Source of the DNA: a virus
Reading direction: 5' to 3' (one strand)
Virus record (IMG/VR): IMGVR_UViG_3300045988_081680
Coordinates: 1-61,255 of that record
DNA: 61,255 bases
Both the position numbers and the translations under genes were made by a program. The notes below the pieces were generated by a model. That model worked only from the letters and a program-made list of their open reading frames with translations, was not told the origin of the DNA and did not search any database. Position 1 is the stretch's first letter; each line of letters begins with the position of its first letter. Shown in pieces: positions 48,944-57,481 of this stretch.

Positions 48944-51346
48944 ATGAGTTGGAATTTAATTCCTGCGGAATTGAGGGAACGTCCTCAATGGGCGATTTGC
49001 GGAGGCGATAAAGCACCTTGCACTGTGGTTAACGGGAAGGTGATTTATGCTTCCGTAAATGAGCCTAACACTTGGATGCGTTTCGAGGATGCTTGCCAAG
49101 CTGCTTATAGTCGTGGTCTTAATGTGGGGTTTATCCTGTCGGAAAACGACCCTTATACTTGTATCGACTTGGATGTTAAGGACGCTGAAAACTGTCCGGA
49201 CCATCCGGAGTTGTGGACGACACAAGAAGACTACGATTTGTATTACCGGATGATGAAAACTTATGCGAGCTATACTGAATCCAGTGTATCTGGCAAAGGT
49301 TTGCACATCTGGGTTCGAGCAGATGTTGGTGCAGGTCGGAAACGTGGTAACGTTGAGATATATTCTCGTCAACGTTTTATTGTAACCACAGGTAGGGTTG
49401 TCGAGAACTTACCTATTGCAGACCGGAATGAAATGGCTTGCAATATGGCGAGTCAGATGGACGTTATTCGTGGTGCGACGATCGAACTTGAGGAAGTGGA
49501 AGCTGTCGATGACGACTGGTATGTCCTCAAGACTGCTGCTGAAGCGGACAACAAAGAGAAGTTCTTGGCGTTGTACGAAGGACGTTGGCATGAGTTAGGT
49601 TATCCTAGCCAGTCGGAAGCAGACGTTGCTTTAATGTCAATGTTTACTTTCTATTCTCCGAGTAACGAACAGTGCCGTCGGTTGTTCCGTATGAGTGCAT
49701 TAGGACAGCGTGAAAAAGCTGTTAAAAACGATGTGTACTTAAACAGAACTCTGAAAATGATTCGTAGCCGTGAGGCTGCAGAACAAGCGGTAGATTTAAG
49801 TTGCTTGGCTGCCAGCATTGACGCTACGGCGGCGATACGGCAAAAAGCAGCAAAAGCTATTGCCAATATACAGGGCGCACCAATGGCAAGCCGTGTTGAG
49901 CCTGCCTTGCACGTTGCAAACCAAACCGCGCCCGTTGTAGCCCCTACCCCTGCCCCTGTTGTAGCGAGCCTTGCTGCCCCTGTAAGCGCAGAAGTCGTAA
50001 ACAGCGGTAAAGTCGGATTGAGTTGGTGTCCAGGGTTTGCTGGGCGAATCGCACAGTACATCTATCAAACTGCACCGCGTCCTGTTAAAGAGGTTGCCAT
50101 TGTGTCAGCTTTGGGTTTGTTGGCTGGTATCTGCGGTAAAGCATGGCATATTCCACAATCAGGTCTCAATATGTACATCGTGCTTATTGCGCGAAGTGCG
50201 GTTGGTAAGGAAGCCATGCACTCGGGAATCTCTTCATTAATTGCAGCAGCCAGTCAAAAGATGCCGACTTTCCATAGTTTTGTTGACTTTACGGACTATG
50301 CCAGCGGTCCGGCGTTAATGAAAGCCGTTGCTGCGAACCCTAGCTTTGTGAACGTTAGCGGTGAATGGGGACGTAAACTCAAACGTTTGTCAGATGACCT
50401 TAAAGACGGTCCGTTAACCACACTCCGAACACAGATGACGAACCTGTATCAAAAATCTGGTCCGCAAAGTGTTGTTGGTGGTATCGGTTACTCAAATAAG
50501 GATAATAACATTGCGTCCGTTAGCGGTGTTGCTTACAGTATGATAGGCGAAACGACACCTGATACTTTCTATCAGTCTTTGACACCTAGCATGATGGAAG
50601 ATGGTTTCCTTAGCCGTTTCCTTATTATTGAGTACGACGGTCAACGTCCACCGATGAACGAAAAGACTTTGACTGCGCCGGACGAGGCTTTAACAGACGG
50701 TCTGGTTAAACTCGCTTTCCAAGCTCAAAACTTACTTAATATGCGAACTTCACAACCTGTGGATAAAACTGCGGAAGCTGCGGAGATGTTGAGTAAGTTC
50801 GAGTTAGAATGCGACAACGAGATTAACAAGACGGACGAAGAAAGCTATCGACAAATGTGGAACCGTGCGGCGTTAAAAGCTGCTCGACTAGCAGCTTTGC
50901 TTGCCGTTGCAGATAACTGGATTACGCCGATTATCACTAAGGAACATTTGGACTGGGCTATTACTGTGGTTAGACGAGACATCGGAACCATGAGCCAAAA
51001 ACTTATGGACGGTGATATTGGTTTGTCTGATGATAGCCGTGAGCGTAAGATGTTGTCCATTATGGTTGAGTATCTCCGCGAGTTTCTTCCAGCAAGTTAC
51101 GGTATTAAACCGCAGATGCAAGTGGACGGTGTTATCCCACGAAGCTATTTGTCCCGTAGATTGTCCCGCATTACTTCTTACGCCAAGTATCCAAGAGGTA
51201 GTAATGCTGCATTGGACGCGACATTGGCAAGTTTAATCGCTAACGGGTTTATTATGGAATGTAAGCCTGTTGACATTGTTAAAAATTACAGTTTTTACGG
51301 TAAATGTTACCGTATACTGAACATTGATATTATTAGTGAGTTGTAA
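48944..51346 (+). CDS. bifunctional primase-polymerase (AEP prim-pol) / PriCT-2 / DUF3987-type helicase
   Basis: CIDLDVKD..., SVSGKGLHIWV, VEIYSRQRFIVTTGR; GYPSQSEADVALMSMFTFY; YIYQTAPRPVKEVAIVSALGLLAGI...ARSAVGKE. Confidence 0.88.
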   Translation: MSWNLIPAELRERPQWAICGGDKAPCTVVNGKVIYASVNEPNTWMRFEDACQAAYSRGLNVGFILSENDPYTCIDLDVKDAENCPDHPELWTTQEDYDLYYRMMKTYASYTESSVSGKGLHIWVRADVGAGRKRGNVEIYSRQRFIVTTGRVVENLPIADRNEMACNMASQMDVIRGATIELEEVEAVDDDWYVLKTAAEADNKEKFLALYEGRWHELGYPSQSEADVALMSMFTFYSPSNEQCRRLFRMSALGQREKAVKNDVYLNRTLKMIRSREAAEQAVDLSCLAASIDATAAIRQKAAKAIANIQGAPMASRVEPALHVANQTAPVVAPTPAPVVASLAAPVSAEVVNSGKVGLSWCPGFAGRIAQYIYQTAPRPVKEVAIVSALGLLAGICGKAWHIPQSGLNMYIVLIARSAVGKEAMHSGISSLIAAASQKMPTFHSFVDFTDYASGPALMKAVAANPSFVNVSGEWGRKLKRLSDDLKDGPLTTLRTQMTNLYQKSGPQSVVGGIGYSNKDNNIASVSGVAYSMIGETTPDTFYQSLTPSMMEDGFLSRFLIIEYDGQRPPMNEKTLTAPDEALTDGLVKLAFQAQNLLNMRTSQPVDKTAEAAEMLSKFELECDNEINKTDEESYRQMWNRAALKAARLAALLAVADNWITPIITKEHLDWAITVVRRDIGTMSQKLMDGDIGLSDDSRERKMLSIMVEYLREFLPASYGIKPQMQVDGVIPRSYLSRRLSRITSYAKYPRGSNAALDATLASLIANGFIMECKPVDIVKNYSFYGKCYRILNIDIISEL

Positions 51347-51347
51347 T

Positions 51348-51599
51348 ATGGAAAAGACTATTGAAGATTTCAACCGTGAACGTGATGAGGCTATTATCAG
51401 CCTGATTGATGGCGAATTGTGTGATGTTCTGGAACACTACGCAACATTGCTTCTCGACTGCAAAAGTAAATTGGGAATGCGCCGTGCCAAAGAGTATCTC
51501 GAAAGTGCTGTTGAGTCTTGCGAACCTGCACACGTTGCACTTCTGGAACCTTTTATTCAACGTATGATTGACGTTGTTGGCAAGGAACTAGATGTGTAA
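51348..51599 (+). CDS. hypothetical protein (83 aa)
   Basis: ATG 1 nt after the primase stop. Confidence 0.6.
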   Translation: MEKTIEDFNRERDEAIISLIDGELCDVLEHYATLLLDCKSKLGMRRAKEYLESAVESCEPAHVALLEPFIQRMIDVVGKELDV

Positions 51600-51615
51600 T
51601 GTATTGATTTGTAAA

Positions 51616-51653
51616 GGTTATAGTAATCTGTTTAGAACTAGGTTACTATAACT
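51616..51653 (+). promoter_or_regulatory. member B of the conserved intergenic stem-loop family
   Basis: GGTTATAGTAA-TCTGTTTAGAACTAGG-TTACTATAAC, then ACACTTAAACA and AAGGAG. Confidence 0.5.
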
Positions 51654-51677
51654 ACACTTAAACACAAGGAGCAACAA

Positions 51678-51866
51678 ATGCTTAAAGGTATCATTCGCAG
51701 TTTAACTCTGTTCGCCGTGTACGCTACAAGCGTATTCTTATTCAACCGTATGCTGGATTCAACAAGCCCTGTTGATATTGCAGGCTATGCAGTGTCTTTC
51801 ACGCTGGTGTATCTTGTACATTTTGTCTGCGGTGGCGAAGTTTACAAACGCTTGGACAAGAAATAA
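51678..51866 (+). CDS. small membrane protein (62 aa)
   Basis: Two hydrophobic helices; AAGGAG upstream. Confidence 0.6.
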   Translation: MLKGIIRSLTLFAVYATSVFLFNRMLDSTSPVDIAGYAVSFTLVYLVHFVCGGEVYKRLDKK

Positions 51867-51881
51867 TATTTGGAGTTTGAC

Positions 51882-52439
51882 ATGGAAGTAAAAGTATTAA
51901 AGGATAGCTATTACGGTAAACATCGTAAAGTTACGCTTCAAGTAGAAGCAAGTCCTTCCGAGTTACTCGCAATCGAGTCCTTACTACGACGGCAACTGTC
52001 TTACTGCACCAACATGAAGAACACTGACGCCTTAGTGATTACTGATAGCTTTTGGTTTTTGAAATCTTTTGCGGAAGCATATCGTTCAACTACCAAAGTG
52101 TTAAGTCTGTTTCTGGACGAAATGCTAAGAGCATTGAATAAAAGTATTTCCACTAAAAGTGCTATCCATGCGCCGTTTGTTTCGGAAGCCCGAATTAAAG
52201 AGGTTCTTAAAAGCGAGAACCTTGAAGAGGAACTCCGAAGCATTGTAGGTTTGTCCGTTTACCAATGCTGGTGCGGTGCTTCCGACGAACCTGAAAAGGT
52301 TGTGCTGGACAAACTCAAAGAACTGCGTAACCCTGCGATGGTAGTCGCTTTTAACCATTGCGGTGTCGTTTACAACGAAGTAGATGGTTATGTTAGCCCT
52401 CATGTTTTTATGTCAGAACTGACAAATTATGGAGTTTAA
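51882..52439 (+). CDS. paralogue 1 of a three-member family
   Basis: MEVKVLKDSYYGKHRKVTLQVEAS..., ...AIHAPFVSEARIKEVL. Confidence 0.7.
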   Translation: MEVKVLKDSYYGKHRKVTLQVEASPSELLAIESLLRRQLSYCTNMKNTDALVITDSFWFLKSFAEAYRSTTKVLSLFLDEMLRALNKSISTKSAIHAPFVSEARIKEVLKSENLEEELRSIVGLSVYQCWCGASDEPEKVVLDKLKELRNPAMVVAFNHCGVVYNEVDGYVSPHVFMSELTNYGV

Positions 52440-52440
52440 A

Positions 52441-52683
52441 ATGAAATATCTCGTTCTTGCGTTTGCGGTGCTTTTGGCTGCTTGCGAACCTGCAAAACTT
52501 CCTAGTGACGCTACTATGTATGATAAGGGAACTGATACGTTCAGTTCCTACTCATTTCAAAATAAATTGGTAAAATTGAAAAATGGTCGTGTGATAGAAT
52601 GTTTAATTTTCGACTACCATACTGGTTACAGCATGGATTGCAACTGGAATTACGGTGAGGAACAAGATGAAACACGCCGTTAA
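52441..52683 (+). CDS. small lipoprotein (80 aa)
   Basis: MKYLVLAFAVLLAAC lipobox. Confidence 0.65.
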   Translation: MKYLVLAFAVLLAACEPAKLPSDATMYDKGTDTFSSYSFQNKLVKLKNGRVIECLIFDYHTGYSMDCNWNYGEEQDETRR

Positions 52684-53248
52684 AATCGAATTGGACACTA
52701 AGTTTGGTTTAGACCGTGTTCTAACCTTTAACGTATCCATGCCTGCCGAACAAATCGGGTTAGTACGGAACTTTCTTATTTACCGCGACCATGTGGTTAC
52801 AACGGGTCGTGATGTTGAGGGTCATCCGTCTTTTAACGTAACAATAAGTCCTGATGAAGTCTTAAGCCTATTGCTTGTGGACAAAACCGATGAAGAGGAA
52901 GAGGTTGTAGACCGTATTCTCAACGTCATGTTTGCGATGCTGCGACAACATAAACCTGTGGAACGTCGCTTCCATTTACCATTCTTTCCAGAAGAAGTGA
53001 TTAAAAACTGGTTTGGGGTGTTCTCATGGCGTATTCAAAAGAACCGTATTAAAAATGCCTTGTATTTGTCCGGTTATTTTTGCAAGCAGGGCGGTTACGA
53101 TAATCGTTTAGCAATAGAAGATATTATTCTTGGCGTAAACATGGATATGGCAGAGCAAAACGCGTCCTATCTAGACCATTGCCGTTTTTGCAAACACGAA
53201 TTTTTTAACACAGGACTTGAAATTTTAACAGGTCTTGTGGAACTTTAA
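52667..53248 (+). CDS. paralogue 2 of the three-member family
   Basis: MKHAVKIELDTKFGLDRVLTFNVS..., ...RRFHLPFFPEEVIKNWF. Confidence 0.7.
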   Translation: MKHAVKIELDTKFGLDRVLTFNVSMPAEQIGLVRNFLIYRDHVVTTGRDVEGHPSFNVTISPDEVLSLLLVDKTDEEEEVVDRILNVMFAMLRQHKPVERRFHLPFFPEEVIKNWFGVFSWRIQKNRIKNALYLSGYFCKQGGYDNRLAIEDIILGVNMDMAEQNASYLDHCRFCKHEFFNTGLEILTGLVEL

Positions 53249-53266
53249 TCTACGAAAGGTAATATC

Positions 53267-54367
53267 ATGCAAGTAAAAGTTTTATTGGATACTAAATACG
53301 AAGAACATCGTGTAACCACAGTGGAAGTTTCCGGTAAGCGTGAATCTTTAAAGTTTCTTTTGAAGATTCCCGCTTTCGACGAATACCGTTTAACTGGAAA
53401 TCATAACTGCACCAGTTCTCGACGGTTTAATATTGTTATGCCAACAGACCCTGTCGTGGAAAACGACGATTTGGTTCTCGTTTTCACTTCCACAGATTGG
53501 AAAAGTGTTTTTGAGGGTCTCAACGATACTGTCAACACTAATCCTGTTGAACGCGAAATTGTGCGTGAAATTAAACGCCAAATCGAGCAATCAGTTCCTT
53601 ATGAATCAAAATATCACTTTCCAGAAATTCCACGCGAAGAAGTTGATTCTTATGTTAAAAAAGGTGAAGATGTTGTATCTGGTGAAATGCGGACCGTATA
53701 TGAACGTCTTTGCCGTGTTTCCGGTATTTTGTTAAAATTTCCAGAACAAAAAGGTCTCAGCGTAAGTAAACTTTTCGCAAATTCTTTTACATTTACAGAA
53801 CGCTTTGAGACGTTAGACGTGTTTGAGCATTCCTACGTTTTTGAAAAAGGTATTGTTGGACATTTCCCGTTAAATGTTGGTGTATCCTTAATAAAATGTG
53901 CATTTTTTGATGCAAATGTAGCGTCCAACATTGCCGAGTGGTTCCGACGTGCCAAAGAGTTCCCAACCAAAGACGACCTGCTTGTCCAAATTGGTTGCCA
54001 TTATGAAGAGATGGCAGAGTTTACCGATGCGGTAGATAAAAAGCATAACGTCAAGTCCCATACGACAGGTTTGCTTGAAGATAACGCACACGGCTGGAAA
54101 AACAAAATGGATTGCTCCAAAGAACGCTTGGAAGCAATCCTCAATGATAAAGAGCGCAAACGTGAAGTAATTGACGCTTTGGCTGATACTGTGGTTACAG
54201 CTATCGGCGTCCTGTACGAACTGACGGGCGACCCTATTGGTGTCCTTTCAGAAGTAAATCGTAGCAACTGGTCTAAGTTCGATTTCGGTGTGCCAGTATT
54301 TGATGAAAACGGTAAAATCAAAAAAGGCGTGACTTACAGCAAGCCGGATTTAGACCGTTTTATTTAA
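53267..54367 (+). CDS. paralogue 3 fused to a C-terminal MazG-like nucleoside-triphosphate pyrophosphohydrolase domain
   Basis: MQVKVLLDTKYEEHRVTTVEVS..., ...SKYHFPEIPREEVDSYV. C-terminus HYEEMAEFTDAV...VIDALADTVVTAIGVLYELTGDP..VNRSNWSKF...GKIKKGVTYSKPDL. Confidence 0.75.
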   Translation: MQVKVLLDTKYEEHRVTTVEVSGKRESLKFLLKIPAFDEYRLTGNHNCTSSRRFNIVMPTDPVVENDDLVLVFTSTDWKSVFEGLNDTVNTNPVEREIVREIKRQIEQSVPYESKYHFPEIPREEVDSYVKKGEDVVSGEMRTVYERLCRVSGILLKFPEQKGLSVSKLFANSFTFTERFETLDVFEHSYVFEKGIVGHFPLNVGVSLIKCAFFDANVASNIAEWFRRAKEFPTKDDLLVQIGCHYEEMAEFTDAVDKKHNVKSHTTGLLEDNAHGWKNKMDCSKERLEAILNDKERKREVIDALADTVVTAIGVLYELTGDPIGVLSEVNRSNWSKFDFGVPVFDENGKIKKGVTYSKPDLDRFI

Positions 54368-54378
54368 CGTAATTTTAC

Positions 54379-54423
54379 ACCCGTAAACCTATATGGACCA
54401 TTGCATCTGTTTGGTTTACGGGT
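54379..54423 (+). promoter_or_regulatory. member C (divergent) of the intergenic stem-loop family, followed by ATTATAACCACACTTAAACA
   Basis: ACCCGTAAACC-23 nt loop ending CATCTGTTT-GGTTTACGGGT. Confidence 0.5.
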
Positions 54424-54467
54424 TATTATAACCACACTTAAACAACAAACCAAAAAGGAGTAAGTCA

Positions 54468-54890
54468 ATGAGTTTAAACAGTAAACCTCTTGTAACCGTC
54501 ACCCAAGAGGAATTCAATGAGTGGTACACGCTCAAGCAACAAATGGAAACCATTAAAGAGCGTGAAGCAGAATTGCGTAAAAAGATTTTTACCGCCTATT
54601 TTGCAGAAGCACATGAGGGAACAAACAAACTCGAATTACAAGGCGGTTATACGCTCAACGGTAAACGGGTTATTTCCCGCACCATTGACAAAGGTGCAAT
54701 GGTTAGCCTGACACCGGAATTGCAAGCAGCAGGCATTCGCTTGGACGATATTGTGGAATGGAAACCGTCATTGAAACTTTCCATGTACCGCAAACTGTCT
54801 GAAGAGCAAACCAAACTTTTTGACCAAATTCTCGTCATTAAAGATGGTATGCCTGGATTGGAAATTGTTGCACCTAAAGAGGTGGAATGA
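54468..54890 (+). CDS. hypothetical protein (140 aa)
   Basis: AAGGAG upstream. Confidence 0.7.
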   Translation: MSLNSKPLVTVTQEEFNEWYTLKQQMETIKEREAELRKKIFTAYFAEAHEGTNKLELQGGYTLNGKRVISRTIDKGAMVSLTPELQAAGIRLDDIVEWKPSLKLSMYRKLSEEQTKLFDQILVIKDGMPGLEIVAPKEVE

Positions 54891-55273
54891 TGATTGATAT
54901 CAATGAACAATTCAATCCTTATGAATTGGAATTAATTAGCGAGTATCCGGAGCAAGGTTTTAATACTGCTTCTGATGAATTTCAAAAAGATTTAAGGGTT
55001 TATAATAACCTTATAAATAAAGGAATACTTTATAATGAGTATCCGGATAAGTTTAACAACAGGAACTATACTCTTTGCCGACTATCGTATGCAGGTTGCT
55101 TTTTGCAGGCATTGGTTATTGAAAAAGCTCGACACCATGATGAGCTGTCAAGTTACCGTCGCGATATTTATGCTCAAGTATATCGAAAAGGTTATGATGA
55201 AGCTGTTGAAAAGATGGGATATGCAATGGGTGAAATGATTGCTTCACATATCGGCGAACCGTCTTGTATGTAA
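54887..55273 (+). CDS. hypothetical protein (128 aa)
   Basis: ATGA overlap with the upstream gene. Confidence 0.65.
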   Translation: MMIDINEQFNPYELELISEYPEQGFNTASDEFQKDLRVYNNLINKGILYNEYPDKFNNRNYTLCRLSYAGCFLQALVIEKARHHDELSSYRRDIYAQVYRKGYDEAVEKMGYAMGEMIASHIGEPSCM

Positions 55274-55305
55274 TACCGAATAATTTTAGATTGTTGAGGA
55301 AAATA

Positions 55306-55692
55306 ATGAATGCTAAAGAATTAAAGGAATTAGATTCCTTTGTTAAAACCGAAATGATGGACGAAAAGGTTGCCGCCGCTTTGGATTTGCAACTTGACAC
55401 AACGCAACTGGAAAAGTTCGTTATGAGCCATCCGCAAGGTATCTGTGTTATGCTTGGTGCTTTGTCCTGTACACCAGACTATCTCATTGCCAACGAGATG
55501 GCTGCACTTGAGGAGTTTGTCCTGCATTTGCATGAGAAAGGCGAATTGGAAGGAAGCAAGATTTTCGTTACCCGCTTGCGGGCTATGTTGAATATGATGC
55601 TGTCGTGGCATTTAACCCCAGAAGCAAAAATTTTGAACGATATGTATTTACGAGACGTTCAAAAGGAAGCTGAAAACGTTACTAAACAATAG
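55306..55692 (+). CDS. hypothetical protein (128 aa)
   Basis: ATG 5 nt after GAGGA. Confidence 0.65.
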   Translation: MNAKELKELDSFVKTEMMDEKVAAALDLQLDTTQLEKFVMSHPQGICVMLGALSCTPDYLIANEMAALEEFVLHLHEKGELEGSKIFVTRLRAMLNMMLSWHLTPEAKILNDMYLRDVQKEAENVTKQ

Positions 55693-55704
55693 AAAGGTAA
55701 TCAA

Positions 55705-56043
55705 ATGAAAGTGATTGTTAACGGTATTGTGGAAGAATTGACCGCAAAAAGCTCTCAACACAAAGACATTTCTGAATCTTTGGCGCGTGGTATGGACCGT
55801 TCCTTAAAACACAAATGGAACGAAGAAGCACAGGCTTACGAACTTTCCGAAAGCGAACTCGACTACTGGAAAGACGTGTTTAAACGCCAAGACGAGTTCG
55901 TAGACCGTTTGGACCGTTTGACACCTCGCTTTGGTGAAGAAGCCGTTGCTGATGTTTTGCGTAAAGTAACCACAACAGAATTTCCGCAATACTACATCGC
56001 AATGAACGAAGAACTTGATATTGCATTTGGCGAGGGTTCTTGA
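55705..56043 (+). CDS. hypothetical protein (112 aa)
   Basis: AAAGG upstream. Confidence 0.65.
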   Translation: MKVIVNGIVEELTAKSSQHKDISESLARGMDRSLKHKWNEEAQAYELSESELDYWKDVFKRQDEFVDRLDRLTPRFGEEAVADVLRKVTTTEFPQYYIAMNEELDIAFGEGS

Positions 56044-56648
56044 TGTTTATAACGGTGATGACTGATGCCAGTTATTGTAGCCGTTCTCGTTCTGCAGGCT
56101 ATGGTTTTTGGATAGCCTGCGAGCGAGGTAAAAAAGCAGGAAGTGGATTTTACACGTTTGATGTTGTTAGCGCGTGTGAAGCAGAAATGCTTGCCGTTGC
56201 AGACGCAATATATAACGGCATAAAAAGTTTCCTGATTCACAAAGGCGATTCTATACTGGTGCAATTAGATAGTATTCCTGCTATAAGCGCGTTTACTGGA
56301 GAACGTATTCCTAAACAGGAAAAGGAGAACCAAGCGATAGAATATTTGTGGTTACTGAAGAATCAGTTTAACCTTGAGATTAGTTTTAAACACGTTAAAG
56401 GGCATTCTAATTTAGAGGATGCGAGAAGTAAATCCAATGCTCATTGTGATAGTGCTGCAAAAGCAGCGTTAAAGCAGGTAAGACAAAAGAAAGGTCGTCA
56501 AAATGGCAAATTTAAAACCAATGCTGGCAGTGGAAGCAGAACTGGAAAAATTGGAGTATCCGGTACTAGTAAGCGCAAAGTTAGACGGTATCCGAGCGGT
56601 TATAAAAGATGGAAAGGTTTTAAGTCGAAGTCTAAAACCAATTCCTAA
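56043..56648 (+). CDS. RNase H (type 1 fold) with a basic C-terminal tail encoded in overlap with the ligase gene
   Basis: VMTDASY, ACEAEMLAVADA, LVQLDS, VKGHSN...NAHCDSAAKAA. TGATG start overlap. Confidence 0.75.
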   Translation: MFITVMTDASYCSRSRSAGYGFWIACERGKKAGSGFYTFDVVSACEAEMLAVADAIYNGIKSFLIHKGDSILVQLDSIPAISAFTGERIPKQEKENQAIEYLWLLKNQFNLEISFKHVKGHSNLEDARSKSNAHCDSAAKAALKQVRQKKGRQNGKFKTNAGSGSRTGKIGVSGTSKRKVRRYPSGYKRWKGFKSKSKTNS

Positions 56649-57411
56649 TAAGTTTGTCCAAAGTGAGATTTCAAAATTTCCGTTGTTAAATGGTTTGGAC
56701 GGTGAATTAATTGTTGGTTCACCAGTGGACAAAAACTGTATGCAGAACACCACAAGTGGGGTTATGTCCCAAGAAGGTGAACCTGATTTTACATACTTCG
56801 TGTTCGATTATTGGACTAACCCTGAAGTTCCGTATCACTTAAGATTCGACCATTTATCCTTATGGGAAGTTAGAGGTTGTTTCAAACAGACAAAAGGACG
56901 TGTTAAAGTTCTTCCTCATGAAATTGTACACAACAAAGAACAGCTTCTTTGGTTTGAAGAGCGCGTTCTTTCAGAAGGTTTTGAGGGCGTGATGATTCGC
57001 AAACGCGACGCCCCGTACAAATACGGTCGTTCTACCGTCAAGCAAGGATACTTGCTGAAGTTAAAACGGTTTGCGGACTCAGAAGCAGAAGTTGTGGAAG
57101 CAGAAGAGTTATTGCATAACCACAATGAAGCAACACTGGACGCACTCGGCAATACCGTCCGCTCAGACCATAAAGACGGCAAGGTTGGCGGTGATACACT
57201 TGGCGCACTTGTGGTCAAAGATATTACAACAGGTATTACGTTCAAAATCGGAACTGGTTTTGATGCTACAACACGCCAAGAGCTTTGGGATATGCACAAA
57301 GAGGGCGCACTTGTAGGAAAGATTGTTAAGTACAAATCGTTCCTTATTGGTGTAAAAGAAGCTCCACGTTTCCCAGTTTTTCTCGGCTTTCGCGATAAAT
57401 TAGATATGTAA
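56503..57411 (+). CDS. ATP-dependent DNA ligase
   Basis: Adenylation motif VSAKLDGIRAV (KxDG), GFEGVMIRK, LLKLKRF. Confidence 0.9.
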   Translation: MANLKPMLAVEAELEKLEYPVLVSAKLDGIRAVIKDGKVLSRSLKPIPNKFVQSEISKFPLLNGLDGELIVGSPVDKNCMQNTTSGVMSQEGEPDFTYFVFDYWTNPEVPYHLRFDHLSLWEVRGCFKQTKGRVKVLPHEIVHNKEQLLWFEERVLSEGFEGVMIRKRDAPYKYGRSTVKQGYLLKLKRFADSEAEVVEAEELLHNHNEATLDALGNTVRSDHKDGKVGGDTLGALVVKDITTGITFKIGTGFDATTRQELWDMHKEGALVGKIVKYKSFLIGVKEAPRFPVFLGFRDKLDM

Positions 57412-57420
57412 TGAAGTGTA

Positions 57421-57462
57421 AAGGTAATTGTAATCCAAACGGAACAAAACTACAATTACCTT
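57421..57462 (+). promoter_or_regulatory. member D of the intergenic stem-loop family
   Basis: AAGGTAATTGTA-18 nt loop-TACAATTACCTT (12-bp perfect stem), then ATTAAATAAAGGAG. Confidence 0.5.
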
Positions 57463-57481
57463 ATTAAATAAAGGAGCAATT

